Notes: a model not told the origin generated them from the letters alone. A stretch of 54,732 bases of DNA from Methylophaga sp. (GCA_032250995.1 JAVVFF010000001.1:1-54732); one strand, 5' to 3'. Counted from the first letter of the stretch, positions 18,985 through 29,867 are shown. Made by a program: numbers and translations.

Positions 18985-19719
18985 GCTTTTTTTGTTCACC
19001 ACTTCACTGACAAGTTTTTTGACATCATCCATTGCCGCCGTCAGCGTTTCTAAGATCTCGTCCATAGCTAAGGGTTTTTCAATTAAACCAGCGGCTTTAT
19101 TAGCGACCACGGCAATACCGGCATACGCGATACCAAGCTCCCGGGCAAGTGCGGCTTCCGGCATCGCCGTCATTCCCACCATATCGGCGTCATCATGAGC
19201 TAAACGGCGAATTTCGGCAGCGGTTTCCAATCTGGGGCCCTGGGTAACTGCATAGCAGCCACCATTAATTAATTTAAGATTAATATTGTTCGCGGCATTA
19301 AGAATTTTCTGACGCAAACCGGCATCATAGGGATAAGTAAAATCAATGTGTTTATCGGCGCTAAAAACGTCACTGAATAAACTGCTTTCACGCCCCCAAG
19401 TATAATCAATAACCTGATCCGGCAATGCCAACACCCCCGGCGTCATTAATCCGCTAATGCCACCCACCGCGGCCACGGCAACAATTTCTTTGACACCTAA
19501 ATGATGTAATGCCCACAGATTAGCGCGATAGTTAATCAAATGTGGCGCAATGGTGTGATGTTCACCATGGCGCGGTAAAAACATAATCGTTTGGCCATTT
19601 AGCTCTCCTCGGACAATCGGCGCTGAGGGTTCGCCAAACGGCGTATCCAGCCGAATTTGTTCGACAATATTTAATCCTGGTAACTGCGTTAAACCGCTAC
19701 CGCCGATAATCCCAATCAT
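18976..19719 (-). CDS. S-methyl-5'-thioinosine/MTA phosphorylase (PNP family)
   Basis: IGIIGGSG, FLPRHG.HHTIAPH.INYRAN, GPRLETAAE, VGMTAMPEA, VVAN.AAG. Confidence 0.92.
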   Translation of the reverse strand: MIGIIGGSGLTQLPGLNIVEQIRLDTPFGEPSAPIVRGELNGQTIMFLPRHGEHHTIAPHLINYRANLWALHHLGVKEIVAVAAVGGISGLMTPGVLALPDQVIDYTWGRESSLFSDVFSADKHIDFTYPYDAGLRQKILNAANNINLKLINGGCYAVTQGPRLETAAEIRRLAHDDADMVGMTAMPEAALARELGIAYAGIAVVANKAAGLIEKPLAMDEILETLTAAMDDVKKLVSEVVNKKSLL

Positions 19720-20261
19720 AAGCTGATCTCCGCCATGGCAAAAATTCCCGGCGCATTACGCCAATAACCCTGTACATCCATACCAAAGCCAAACACATAA
19801 CGATCAGCGACGCTCAGACCAATATATTCCGGGGGCTGACCAGTTTTGCGTGAATGTTTTTTATCGACAAGTGCCAGACAAGCCACTGATACAGCGCCAT
19901 GTTGCTGACAATATTGCCGCAAGGCGATTAAGGTATGGCCTTCATCAAAAATATCTTCAATCAGCAAAACATGCCGACTAGCCATATTGGTTTGCGGTTG
20001 TGCCTGCCAGACCAATTCACCACCGACCGTTTTGTCGCCATATCGGCTCGCATGTATATAATCAATCTGCAGAGCGAAATCAAGCTTCGGCAATAATTGC
20101 CCCATGGTAATCACCGCACCATTCATCACACACAGCAATAGCGGAGCTTTATCGGCATAATCACGATTTAGCTGGCCAGCCAGTTGATCCAGCACTGCAT
20201 CGATTTCAGCGAGCGTAAATAAACACTCGGCATCCCGTGGTATAGCCTCGGTCAGTTGCAT
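19716..20261 (-). CDS. hpt: Hypoxanthine-guanine phosphoribosyltransferase
   Basis: VLLIEDIFDEGHTL PRPP loop, YVFGFGMD..GYWRN; AGAGGA RBS before ATG at 20261. Confidence 0.92.
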   Translation of the reverse strand: MQLTEAIPRDAECLFTLAEIDAVLDQLAGQLNRDYADKAPLLLCVMNGAVITMGQLLPKLDFALQIDYIHASRYGDKTVGGELVWQAQPQTNMASRHVLLIEDIFDEGHTLIALRQYCQQHGAVSVACLALVDKKHSRKTGQPPEYIGLSVADRYVFGFGMDVQGYWRNAPGIFAMAEISL

Positions 20262-20334
20262 GGTTTGTCCTCTTATCTGATCTCGCATTAACTAAGCCTT
20301 ATAATAAACAGCTTTACCGACTTGAGACCAATTG

Positions 20335-21243
20335 ATGCGTCGTTTCTGGCCGCTATTACCGCTGCTTATGATCTGGTTGTTTGCCCTATGGCAAACACCG
20401 ACAGATAAAGATGCGCCCGAATCAGCGGCGGTTGCCAAAAGGATTATCAGTCTGGCCCCCAGTATCACCGAAACTGTATTTGCGGTCGGCGCGGGTGCGC
20501 AGTTAGTGGCGGTAACGGATTTTTGTCAGTACCCCCGTGCTGCGCAGGATTTACCCAGAATTGGCGGTTATTTGGATCCATCTTTAAGTCAAATTGTCAG
20601 CCAACAACCCGATCTAGTGATCATGCTGGACCGCCAGCAAAGTCTGAATAAACAACTGCGCCAACTGGGAATCAACACGCTGCTTATCGATAACGCCCGC
20701 TTAGCTGGCATTATGGATAGTATTTTACGCATTGGTGCAGCCAGCGGCCACCCACAAAAGGCGCAACAGTTACATGATCAATTGCAGCAGCAAATTACCA
20801 CCGTCAAACAACAAATAGCCGATAAACCCCGCAAAAATACCTTATTGGCCATCGCCCATTACACGAATAGCGAACAACTTGATTTAGTCTATATCGCCGG
20901 CCAGCAGGATTTTTATAATGATATCCTGCGCCTTGCAGGCGGCCGAAACGTGTATCAGGATAAACGCCTTAAAGTGCCGGCGGTTTCCATGGAAGGTTTG
21001 CTACGAATGAATCCCGAGGTCATTATTGATATTTTCCCCGATGCCAGCGCGCATAATGCAGACTTACTAAAAGTCCGCCAGCAGTGGCAACAATTAACAC
21101 CCATTACGGCGGTTAAACAACAACAAATTCATTTTATCGAGGCCGGCTATGCCACGGTGCCCGGCCCCAGGATTATTCAATTGCTGATCGATATTGCCCA
21201 GTTGCTGCATCCGGAAATTAAATTGCCTGCTAATGCTTCTTAA
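20335..21243 (+). CDS. BtuF/FecB-type helical-backbone periplasmic binding protein
   Basis: RIISLAPSITE.VFAVG, FCQYP, PDLVI, PGPRI. Confidence 0.88.
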   Translation: MRRFWPLLPLLMIWLFALWQTPTDKDAPESAAVAKRIISLAPSITETVFAVGAGAQLVAVTDFCQYPRAAQDLPRIGGYLDPSLSQIVSQQPDLVIMLDRQQSLNKQLRQLGINTLLIDNARLAGIMDSILRIGAASGHPQKAQQLHDQLQQQITTVKQQIADKPRKNTLLAIAHYTNSEQLDLVYIAGQQDFYNDILRLAGGRNVYQDKRLKVPAVSMEGLLRMNPEVIIDIFPDASAHNADLLKVRQQWQQLTPITAVKQQQIHFIEAGYATVPGPRIIQLLIDIAQLLHPEIKLPANAS

Positions 21244-22009
21244 CATTCAAAAATTGCAGGTAGACATTGATAAACGCCGTTTACTGAGCGATATCAACTT
21301 TTCGGTCGAGGCCGGTGAACATCTTTGTATCACCGGGCCCAATGGTGCCGGCAAAAGTACGCTGCTGCGCACCTTAAATGCCATGATGCCGTTATCGCAA
21401 GGCGAGATTTTTTTGCATCAACAACCACTCAACCGCTATGCAAAAAAACACCTTGCCCGGCAAATAAGTTACGTGCCGCAAAACAGTGGCCGGACGATGC
21501 CTTTTATAGTTGAAGATTTTCTGCGGATGGCCCGCTACCCACATTTGCACTGGTTGGGCAGTTGGCAACAAGCTGATCAAACAGCCATAGAAAACGCGCT
21601 GGCGATCACCGATTGCCAATCCTTCAGACACCGGCAAATGACAACATTAAGTGGCGGCGAATGCCAAAAAGTCATGATTGCCGCTGCATTAGCGCAAGAT
21701 ACGCCAATTATTCTGCTGGATGAGCCCACCAGTTTCTTAGATCCGCATCATCAGGCCGAAGTGCAAAAATTGATTAAAAACCTCAACCGCCAACATAACA
21801 AAACGATTATTGAAGTCACTCACGATATTAACCATGCCGGTCAGCATGCGGATCGGGTAATGGCCTTGAAAGCGGGGCAATTGATTTGGTTGGGCGCCGC
21901 AGAGCAATTTCTCGATAACCAACGCTTGCAAATCCTTTATCAGCAGGCGTTTGTCTTTGTGCAGCATCCACAAACCGGTCGCAATGTGGCCTTAACGGCA
22001 AACCTATAA
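21233..22009 (+). CDS. ABC transporter ATP-binding protein (BtuD/FecE type)
   Basis: GPNGAGKST, LSGGE, ILLDEPT, THD. Confidence 0.93.
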   Translation: MLLNIQKLQVDIDKRRLLSDINFSVEAGEHLCITGPNGAGKSTLLRTLNAMMPLSQGEIFLHQQPLNRYAKKHLARQISYVPQNSGRTMPFIVEDFLRMARYPHLHWLGSWQQADQTAIENALAITDCQSFRHRQMTTLSGGECQKVMIAAALAQDTPIILLDEPTSFLDPHHQAEVQKLIKNLNRQHNKTIIEVTHDINHAGQHADRVMALKAGQLIWLGAAEQFLDNQRLQILYQQAFVFVQHPQTGRNVALTANL

Positions 22010-22989
22010 TGGATAGCCTACAGGCGCATCCAAAACGCACATTAATAGCCTTATTGATTGTGGCTATCGTGGTGCTGACAGTCAGTCCATGGCTGGATTT
22101 ACAAAGCATTAGATCAGCTGACATCCGCCAGCAAATTTTGTGGGATATTCGGCTGCCCAGATTATTATTCGCATTTTTGGCCGGTTGCGGGCTGGCCTTA
22201 TGTGGTTTGGTGTTTCAGGCAATGTTTCATAATCCGCTAGCCACGCCCTTTACACTGGGGGTCGCCAGTGGTGCATCGCTAGGTGCTGCGGTGAGCGTTT
22301 ATCTGGGGCTGAATTTTCTGCTCCTCGGTTTAAGTGCGCAAACGCTGAGTGCCTTTGCTGGCGCCCTGATTTCGATCAGCCTGGTGTATTTCATTAGTCG
22401 GCTGCGCAGTGGCTTTTCTACTGAAACACTGCTGCTTACCGGTGTGGCTATTAGCTTCTTTTTTTCCAGTCTGATTCTGCTGGTGCAGTATCTCAGTGAT
22501 GTCAATGATGCTTTTCAGATCATTCGCTGGCTAATGGGCAGCCTGACCGTGGTGGGTTATGACGATGTTCGCCAGTTAGCCCCATTTGTCATTATTGCAG
22601 CGCTGGTGATTATCGGTTTTAGCCGCGAATTAAACCTGCTGATGGCCGGTGATGATATTGCTGCTAGCCGCGGCGTTAACGTTAATCGGCTGCGTTATTT
22701 GTTGTTTTTAGTGACGTCTTTATGTGTCGGCGCCATTGTTGCTTTATGCGGCCCGATTGGTTTTGTCGGCATGATGGTGCCACATATTTGCCGCTTGTTG
22801 ATTGGCCAGGATCATCAGTGGTTGATCCCGGCCAGCTTATTGTTCGGCGGTAGTTTTTTGATTATTTGTGATACGCTGGCACGCATCATTATCGCCCCGG
22901 CAGAATTACCAGTTGGTGTCATTACCACCCTGCTCGGCGGGCCGTTTTTTCTGTGGTTGCTGATCCGTAATAAGCGCCTGGCGGCTTGA
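22009..22989 (+). CDS. FecCD/BtuC-family ABC permease
   Basis: IRLPR, NPLA.P..LG..SGA, GPIGFVG..VPH, ELPVG. Confidence 0.93.
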   Translation: MDSLQAHPKRTLIALLIVAIVVLTVSPWLDLQSIRSADIRQQILWDIRLPRLLFAFLAGCGLALCGLVFQAMFHNPLATPFTLGVASGASLGAAVSVYLGLNFLLLGLSAQTLSAFAGALISISLVYFISRLRSGFSTETLLLTGVAISFFFSSLILLVQYLSDVNDAFQIIRWLMGSLTVVGYDDVRQLAPFVIIAALVIIGFSRELNLLMAGDDIAASRGVNVNRLRYLLFLVTSLCVGAIVALCGPIGFVGMMVPHICRLLIGQDHQWLIPASLLFGGSFLIICDTLARIIIAPAELPVGVITTLLGGPFFLWLLIRNKRLAA

Positions 22990-23043
22990 CCACGTTAATT
23001 TTAGCGGTGAAGATAAGGCTGTTATAACAACACATCGGAAAGT

Positions 23044-24591
23044 GTGATGCGTAGTTTGTCGTTTTTAGGTTTATGGGCAATTCTACTCTTGGTGCCGCCA
23101 TTACAGGCAGGCGCTAAATTGGGCAGTTTTGGTTTGACCAATGACGTGCGTCTGGCGCTTTATCAAGACCCAACGCAATTACAATGGTTCGATGACCAGC
23201 AACTTAACAAGCGCGGTGAAGTTGCCATCAGCTGGCTGCAAAATGCCGAACAACACGGCCTGAAAAGTCGTGATTACCAGTTGCCGCAACTACTGCAACA
23301 GATTAACAATATCAGTCGGCTGAACGCCCGTGAAACTGACGAATTACTGACTGCAACCTTTCTGCGTTTAACTGAAGAACTGGCTATTGGTCGAATTCGC
23401 CCGGCAGTCGCTGATCCCGACTGGCATATTAGCGGCGATGAATTTGATAGTGTCGCTTTCCTCAATAATTTACTTAGTCAAAATGCTGATTCCAAGTCGT
23501 TAAATAACGCCATGCAAGCTTTGTTGCCACAAACTCCTGACTATGCATTTTTACAACAAACCTTGGCCGGTTATCGGCAAATTGGCAAACAAGGTGGCTG
23601 GCCGGCTATTGGGGATATGCCGTTGCTGAAACCCGGCGAGCAACATGCTGAACTAGTGAATATACGCCAGCGATTGGCGGCTGAATTTACTGATATTGCT
23701 GTGCATTCAAATCCGGTTGATGTTTACGATGAACAGCTTGTTGCAGCGGTTAAACAATTTCAGGAACGGTATAGTTTAAAAGTTGATGGTATTATTGGCA
23801 GCACTACCCGCAAAGTCATGTCAGAGCCGGTCAGTCAGCGCATTTCGCAGCTGCGTACCTCCTTGGAAAGATTACGCTGGTTGCCTGATAATCACGGTGA
23901 TCGTTATTTAATGGTTAATCTGGCTGGTTATCAATTAACCGCCATTGAAGATGAAACGATTACCCTGAATATGCGGGTCATTATTGGCCGTAGCTACCGG
24001 CAAACGCCCAGTTTCAATAGTGTTATGAGTCATATTGTCTTTAATCCTTACTGGACTGTGCCCAATAAGATTGCCCGTTTAGACATTTTACCCAAACAAC
24101 AAGCGGATCCGGATTACCTTGCCAGTCAGCAATTTCAAGTGTTTGAAAAAATTGATGAACAGCGGATTGAGCGGCGGATTGACGACATTAACTGGCAACA
24201 ATTAAGCAGCAGTTATTTCCCGTATATTTTGCGTCAACAACCCGGGCCGCTGAATGCACTGGGCACCATGAAATTTATGTTCCCCAACCCGTGGAGCATT
24301 TATTTACATGACACGCCACAAAAAGACTTGTTTGCCCAAAGTCAGCGTAATTTCAGTTCTGGCTGTATTCGCGTCGAAGATCCACTGGCGCTGGCAGCGT
24401 TTAGTTTGGACCAGCCCGACAGTACGCAGTTGATTGACCGTATCCTAGCCAGCCGGCAAAACACCGGACAGCTACTCAAAACGCCTTTACCCGTTTATGC
24501 AGTCTATCAAACCGCTTGGTCAGAAAATGGCGAGATCCGCTTTGCCGCCGATCATTATGGCCGCGATGCTCGCATGGCTAAACTCTTGTAA
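23044..24591 (+). CDS. ldtD: L,D-transpeptidase YcbB/LdtD
   Basis: Scaffold and PG-binding domain (AVKQFQ..Y.L.VDG.IG), IYLHDTP...SSGCIRV. Confidence 0.92.
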   Translation: MMRSLSFLGLWAILLLVPPLQAGAKLGSFGLTNDVRLALYQDPTQLQWFDDQQLNKRGEVAISWLQNAEQHGLKSRDYQLPQLLQQINNISRLNARETDELLTATFLRLTEELAIGRIRPAVADPDWHISGDEFDSVAFLNNLLSQNADSKSLNNAMQALLPQTPDYAFLQQTLAGYRQIGKQGGWPAIGDMPLLKPGEQHAELVNIRQRLAAEFTDIAVHSNPVDVYDEQLVAAVKQFQERYSLKVDGIIGSTTRKVMSEPVSQRISQLRTSLERLRWLPDNHGDRYLMVNLAGYQLTAIEDETITLNMRVIIGRSYRQTPSFNSVMSHIVFNPYWTVPNKIARLDILPKQQADPDYLASQQFQVFEKIDEQRIERRIDDINWQQLSSSYFPYILRQQPGPLNALGTMKFMFPNPWSIYLHDTPQKDLFAQSQRNFSSGCIRVEDPLALAAFSLDQPDSTQLIDRILASRQNTGQLLKTPLPVYAVYQTAWSENGEIRFAADHYGRDARMAKLL

Positions 24592-24645
24592 TAAAAAGAT
24601 AATCAGCTCTATAATCGCGTGAATTGCTGTCAAGGACACTCTCGT

Positions 24646-25236
24646 ATGTGCGATAAATTCCGTCGTTTCGATCGACCGCAGCTGGCCACTTGCCAGCATC
24701 GCCGCCGTTTACTCAAACTCAGTTTCGGCGCCACGGCAACGATGTTGGTAATGCCGCCGGCCTTTGCTAACCTGGCTAAATTACCTGAACGTAAAATAGC
24801 GCTGTACAACCTGCATACCGGCGAACAGCTAAAAACCACCTACTGGGCGGAAGGTCATTATCAAAACAGCGAGCTGCATGCCATTAGCCATATTATGCGC
24901 GATCACCGTACCAACGAAATGATTGATATGGACAATGATCTGATCGACTTAATGACTATTTTGCACCGGCAAATGCAGGGTAAACAGCCTTACCATATTA
25001 TTTCTGGTTACCGCTCGGCAAAAACCAATGAAATGCTGCGAAAAACTGGCGGGGGCGGCGTTGCCAAAAAAAGTTTTCATACCTTGGGGCAAGCCGTGGA
25101 TGTCCGTTTACCCGGCCGGCAACTGGCTGAATTACATGAAGCTGCCCTAAAACTGCATGCCGGCGGTGTAGGATATTACCCAACCTCTGATTTTGTGCAT
25201 ATCGATACCGGTCCAGTCCGCCAATGGCGCGGTTAA
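24646..25236 (+). CDS. mepK: YcbK/MepK peptidoglycan peptidase (M15), Tat signal
   Basis: RRRLLK twin-arginine signal, LYNLHTGE, ISGYRS..TN, S.H..GQA.D, FVHIDTG. Confidence 0.92.
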   Translation: MCDKFRRFDRPQLATCQHRRRLLKLSFGATATMLVMPPAFANLAKLPERKIALYNLHTGEQLKTTYWAEGHYQNSELHAISHIMRDHRTNEMIDMDNDLIDLMTILHRQMQGKQPYHIISGYRSAKTNEMLRKTGGGGVAKKSFHTLGQAVDVRLPGRQLAELHEAALKLHAGGVGYYPTSDFVHIDTGPVRQWRG

Positions 25237-25646
25237 TCCTTGGCCAATTCTTCAATAAGCTGTAAAGCAATTTCCCGAAACTGCTGCAATTGAACTTTAT
25301 GCTGCGCCTCAAAATCGGCATGCTGCTGTCGCATAATGTCATGTGACTTGATAAGTTTTTCATGAAAACGGCGCTGTTCGTCACTGCCAATATAGCTATC
25401 GCAATCGCTTAAACAGCGGGGATCCAAACCACATTCATAGCGTTTGATTTCCGCATCATGGGTATTGATGCGTGCTACATGCTGGTCCAGTCGCGCAGAA
25501 TATTCCGGCAAAGCATGTTCCAGTTTATAAATCAGCCCGACCAGGCGCTGGTTTTGCTTAGTCCAATGTTCAACTTCTTGTAGCCAATAGGTGTGATCAC
25601 TGCAGCAAGCATGATTTTCCTGCTGCCAGCGTTGTAATTCATTCAT
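25233..25646 (-). CDS. Hypothetical His/Cys-rich helical protein
   Basis: 137 aa from ATG at 25646 with GAGGTG RBS; His residues at heptad spacing; no family recognised. Confidence 0.7.
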   Translation of the reverse strand: MNELQRWQQENHACCSDHTYWLQEVEHWTKQNQRLVGLIYKLEHALPEYSARLDQHVARINTHDAEIKRYECGLDPRCLSDCDSYIGSDEQRRFHEKLIKSHDIMRQQHADFEAQHKVQLQQFREIALQLIEELAKD

Positions 25647-25775
25647 ACTGCACCTCGAATACAAGCAAGTAATCAGCTTATTTAGCTGCTTGTCGAAAAC
25701 GATTGTCAAGTCAGATCCACAGTCACAGTTAATGCCTGTAAAATAAGCGTTTTTCATCACCAGAAATTAACCGGT

Positions 25776-26774
25776 ATGTCTGATATTGTTGTTTGTGCCC
25801 TGTATAAATTTGTCTCTCTGGATGACTATGCGGCGCTGAAAACGCCGTTACTGAATTTGATGCTTGCCGAGAAAATCCGTGGCACGCTGCTGCTTGCTCA
25901 CGAGGGCATCAACGGCACAGTCGCTGGTTCGCGAAGTGCAATTAATAAATTGCTGGCACATCTGCAACAAGATCCCCGACTGGATCCGATTAGTTACAAA
26001 GAATCGTTTACCAATACCCCGCCATTTTTACGCAGCCGCGTCAAACTGAAAAAAGAAATTGTCACTATGGGCGTAGAAGGTATTGATCCGCGCCGCTCAG
26101 CGGGCACTTATGTCAAAGCCAAAGACTGGAACCAACTGATCAGCGATCCGGATGTGTTGCTGATTGATACCCGTAATGATTATGAATATCAGGTCGGTAC
26201 CTTTAAAAATGCCGTCAATCCAAAAACCGAGCGTTTTCGCGAATTCCCGGACTACGTCAAACAACAACTGGATCCGCAAAAACACAGCAAGGTTGCCATG
26301 TTTTGTACCGGCGGTATTCGCTGTGAAAAATCGACCGCTTATCTCAAAGAGCAAGGTTTTGCAGAGGTTTATCATTTAGAAGGCGGCATTCTCAAATACC
26401 TTGAAGACGTGCCGGAAGATGAAACCTTATGGCAGGGTGAATGCTTTGTTTTTGATGAACGGGTCACTGTCAATCATCAGCTAGAAAAAGGTGATTATGA
26501 CCAATGCCACGCCTGCCGGATGCCGATTACCGAAGCCGAAAAACAAAGTGAACAATACCAGCAGGGCATTTGCTGCCCGCATTGTTTTGAGCAAACCACT
26601 GATGCGCAAAAAGCCCGGTTTGCCGAGCGGGAGAAACAAATGCAATTGGCGCGCGACCGAGGTGAAGCTCATATCGGTTTGGAAACCCGCAAAATTGCTG
26701 AACAACATCGTCTCGAAAAACAGCGCCGCCGTGAACAGGATCGACTGACTACCCAGCAAAAGGGTATTAATTAA
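25776..26774 (+). CDS. trhO: tRNA uridine(34) hydroxylase TrhO (YceA/UPF0176 rhodanese-domain protein)
   Basis: [42 protein letters not shown]. Confidence 0.92.
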   Translation: MSDIVVCALYKFVSLDDYAALKTPLLNLMLAEKIRGTLLLAHEGINGTVAGSRSAINKLLAHLQQDPRLDPISYKESFTNTPPFLRSRVKLKKEIVTMGVEGIDPRRSAGTYVKAKDWNQLISDPDVLLIDTRNDYEYQVGTFKNAVNPKTERFREFPDYVKQQLDPQKHSKVAMFCTGGIRCEKSTAYLKEQGFAEVYHLEGGILKYLEDVPEDETLWQGECFVFDERVTVNHQLEKGDYDQCHACRMPITEAEKQSEQYQQGICCPHCFEQTTDAQKARFAEREKQMQLARDRGEAHIGLETRKIAEQHRLEKQRRREQDRLTTQQKGIN

Positions 26775-28442
26775 ATGCGTTTTTGGTTTTATCTTTTTGT
26801 TAGCCTGACGCTTTTAACAACAGTAGGTTGTGGCAATAAACCGCAACAAGCTGCCATTGCCAGTGCTCACCCGATGGCGACGCAAGCGGGTTTTGAAATA
26901 TTCAAACAAGGTGGCAATGCCTTTGATGCAGCAGTAGCCGTTAGTGCTGCATTAGCAGTGGTTGAGCCAGCCAGTTCCGGTTTGGGCGGTGGTGGATTCT
27001 GGTTATTGCATGATGCCCAAACCGATCAAAAAGTCATGCTCGACGGCCGTGAAACCGCGCCGCTTAATGCTCATCGCGATATGTATCTGAATGCCGATGG
27101 TGACGTTAACCGTGATTTATCATTAAACGGCCCATTGGCGGCTGGGATTCCCGGTTTACCGGCGGGTCTGGTCACACTAAGTAAACAATTTGGTCAGTTA
27201 CCGTTGGCAGTGACCTTAAAACCAGCGATTACGTTTGCTCGTGATGGTTTCAAAGTAACACCACGTTATCAGCGGATGCTGGAGTTTCGTGGTGATCAAT
27301 TAAATGGCGAAGCCAAATCGGTTTTTATGCCCAATGGTGTTATCCCTGAAACCGGCATTTTGATTTTTCAGCCCGATTTGGCAAACACGCTGGAACGCCT
27401 TGCCGCTCAAGGCCGTAATGATTTTTATCAAGGTGAAACAGCAAAACACATGCTTAACGCCGTACAACATGCAGGTGGTATCTGGCAGGCAGCAGATTTG
27501 GCAAATTATCAGCTAAAACATCGCACGCCGCTGACCGGCGAGTTTGCCGATTATCAAATCACCACTGCCGCCCTGCCCTCCGGCGGCGGCGTGTTGCTGA
27601 TCAATATGCTCAACCAGTTGGCGACATTAAATTACCTGGATGCCGATCCGGCACAGCGCCTGCATTATCTGGCTGAAGTGATGCGCCGCGCTTATCAGGT
27701 ACGCAGTGAGCATTTGGGCGATAACGACTTCGTTGATATTCCCGCGCATTTAACCGACAAAGATTTTGCTGCTGATCTGGCTGCCAGTATTGATGCTAAT
27801 AAAGCCTCGGTCAGTGAAGCCGGTGACGATGTATTTCAGGGTAAAGGTCAAGACACCTCCCATTTTTCGATTATCGATCAGCATGGTAATAAAGTTGCCG
27901 CGACACTGAGTATCAATTATCCGTTTGGCTCGGGTTTTATGGTGCCAGGCACCGGTATTTTGCTCAACGATGAAATGGATGATTTTTCGGCCAAGGCGGG
28001 CACGCCCAATGCCTATGGACTGGTCAGTCAATCAGCTAATAGTATAGAACCGGGCAAACGGCCGTTATCAAGTATGACGCCGACATTTGTCGAAAATGAC
28101 GAAAAGCTGCTGATCCTCGGCACACCCGGTGGCAGTCGTATTATTACTATGGTGTTGCAAGGTATCTTGCATTTTATTAATGGCCAGGATGCGAATGAGA
28201 TTGTCGCTGCGCCGCGTTTACATCATCAATATTTGCCCGATCATATCAGTCTGGAATCAGCCGGTTTTGACGATAAGCTTATCGCGTCGTTGGTAAATCG
28301 TGGTCATCAGATCAATCAGCTGGATCGGCAGTTTGGCAATATGCAGCTGATTATGATGAATAAACAAACCGGCAAACTTCAGGCAGCCAGTGATCCGCGT
28401 GGCGAAGGTGCCGCTGAGGTTCGTGCCGTGAGCGCGGATTAA
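26775..28442 (+). CDS. ggt: Gamma-glutamyltransferase
   Basis: GGNAFDAAVA, SGLGGGGF, DGRETAP, catalytic T in DTSHFS, LNDEMDDF, PLSSM, GTPGG; lipobox-like VGC. Confidence 0.96.
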   Translation: MRFWFYLFVSLTLLTTVGCGNKPQQAAIASAHPMATQAGFEIFKQGGNAFDAAVAVSAALAVVEPASSGLGGGGFWLLHDAQTDQKVMLDGRETAPLNAHRDMYLNADGDVNRDLSLNGPLAAGIPGLPAGLVTLSKQFGQLPLAVTLKPAITFARDGFKVTPRYQRMLEFRGDQLNGEAKSVFMPNGVIPETGILIFQPDLANTLERLAAQGRNDFYQGETAKHMLNAVQHAGGIWQAADLANYQLKHRTPLTGEFADYQITTAALPSGGGVLLINMLNQLATLNYLDADPAQRLHYLAEVMRRAYQVRSEHLGDNDFVDIPAHLTDKDFAADLAASIDANKASVSEAGDDVFQGKGQDTSHFSIIDQHGNKVAATLSINYPFGSGFMVPGTGILLNDEMDDFSAKAGTPNAYGLVSQSANSIEPGKRPLSSMTPTFVENDEKLLILGTPGGSRIITMVLQGILHFINGQDANEIVAAPRLHHQYLPDHISLESAGFDDKLIASLVNRGHQINQLDRQFGNMQLIMMNKQTGKLQAASDPRGEGAAEVRAVSAD

Positions 28443-28903
28443 AGCTTCATATCTACCGGCATTACGCCATTTCGGGATTGCACCAATGCGCTGCCCTCCA
28501 TAATCAGTAAGACCACCAATGCCAGCGATAAGGGCGCCAAGGCGAACCAGCCAATAATAGCCCGCTGAATAAACTGATCACTACCACTGACGGTATTCAT
28601 CGTCAGCAACATACCCATACCGAAGATCAATAACGAAATACAATAGACAATCAGCAGGTAAAGACTTCGTCGCCAGGCTAATTGCCAATGGGCCAAAACC
28701 AATGATGATTTATCTGCCGGTTTTTTAGCTTGAAAACCAATACTGGCAAGGATCACACAGGATGCAAAAAGCGGTATAGTGAAAATTAACCACAGATTTT
28801 TTGTACCAAATAGAATGGCCGGAACAAAAAAATGGAAAATCGCCAGATTAAACAAAAAGCGCTCATGCGGCCGGCTGGCAGCGCGTTGTTGCTCGTTATT
28901 CAT
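28439..28903 (-). CDS. Hypothetical 4-TM membrane protein
   Basis: PHE.F..NL..FH and HW..AWRR motifs; strong GAGGGAGG RBS. Confidence 0.75.
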   Translation of the reverse strand: MNNEQQRAASRPHERFLFNLAIFHFFVPAILFGTKNLWLIFTIPLFASCVILASIGFQAKKPADKSSLVLAHWQLAWRRSLYLLIVYCISLLIFGMGMLLTMNTVSGSDQFIQRAIIGWFALAPLSLALVVLLIMEGSALVQSRNGVMPVDMKL

Positions 28904-28934
28904 GATGTCGCCTCCCTCAGCTTATGATTAAAAC

Positions 28935-29699
28935 ATGTTGCCGTTAATTGATAGCCATTGTCACCTCAACTTTACCGATTTTGACGTCGATCGTGATGCG
29001 ATTATTAACGACTGCCAGGCCTTAGGACTGACCCATATCATCGTTCCAGCAGTGACTTGTAAGCACTGGCCACAGTTAATAAATATCTGCCAGCAATCTC
29101 CCATTCTGCATTATGCGCTGGGTTGTCATCCAATGTTTATGGATCAACACCCTGACGATGCTCTTTTGCAATTAGATTTTGCTATTGAAAAATTTCAGCC
29201 CATCGCAGTGGGTGAAATCGGTCTTGATTTTTTTCTGCCCGGTCAAAATAAAAAAGCCCAGTCAGCCTTATTTGAGGGCCAATTAAAACTGGCTGAAAAG
29301 CACCAGTTAACAGTGATTTTGCATGTTCGTAAAGCCCATGACGAAGTGCTTAAACTGCTGCGACAAATCCCGTTAAAGGGCGGCATCGTTCATGCTTTTA
29401 GCGGCAGCCTGCAGCAAGCCCAACAATACCGGAAATTAGGTTTTTTACTCGGTATTGGCGGCGCCCTGACCTATCCACGGGCACAACGTTTGCAAGGTCT
29501 GTTCAGCGAACTGCCGTTATCACAAATCGTGCTGGAAACCGATGCCCCGGATATGCCATTTTGTGGCCATCAGGGCGAACGTAATTCACCGGAATATATT
29601 CCGCTGGTCGTCGAAAAACTCGCTGAATTACGTGGCGAGACCATGGCCGATATTGCCGCCCAAACCAGCACTAATGTGCGCAGCTTATTCGCGATCTGA
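28935..29699 (+). CDS. TatD-family metal-dependent hydrolase/DNase
   Basis: IDSHCH, GEIGLD, LHVR.AH, HAFSGS, LETDAP. Confidence 0.95.
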   Translation: MLPLIDSHCHLNFTDFDVDRDAIINDCQALGLTHIIVPAVTCKHWPQLINICQQSPILHYALGCHPMFMDQHPDDALLQLDFAIEKFQPIAVGEIGLDFFLPGQNKKAQSALFEGQLKLAEKHQLTVILHVRKAHDEVLKLLRQIPLKGGIVHAFSGSLQQAQQYRKLGFLLGIGGALTYPRAQRLQGLFSELPLSQIVLETDAPDMPFCGHQGERNSPEYIPLVVEKLAELRGETMADIAAQTSTNVRSLFAI

Positions 29700-29867
29700 A
29701 CTAAAAAAATTGCTTTGTAACCCTTTTGACTGCCGCAATAAACCCAGCAATGATAAAGTTAAAGCGGTATTAAGCGCAGGTGTTATTGCCAACTTACTTC
29801 GTAACTCAAAACCATTAATCCCTTAATGAGTCATAGCATCAATACTTTTACGCAATCAGGAATTTTT

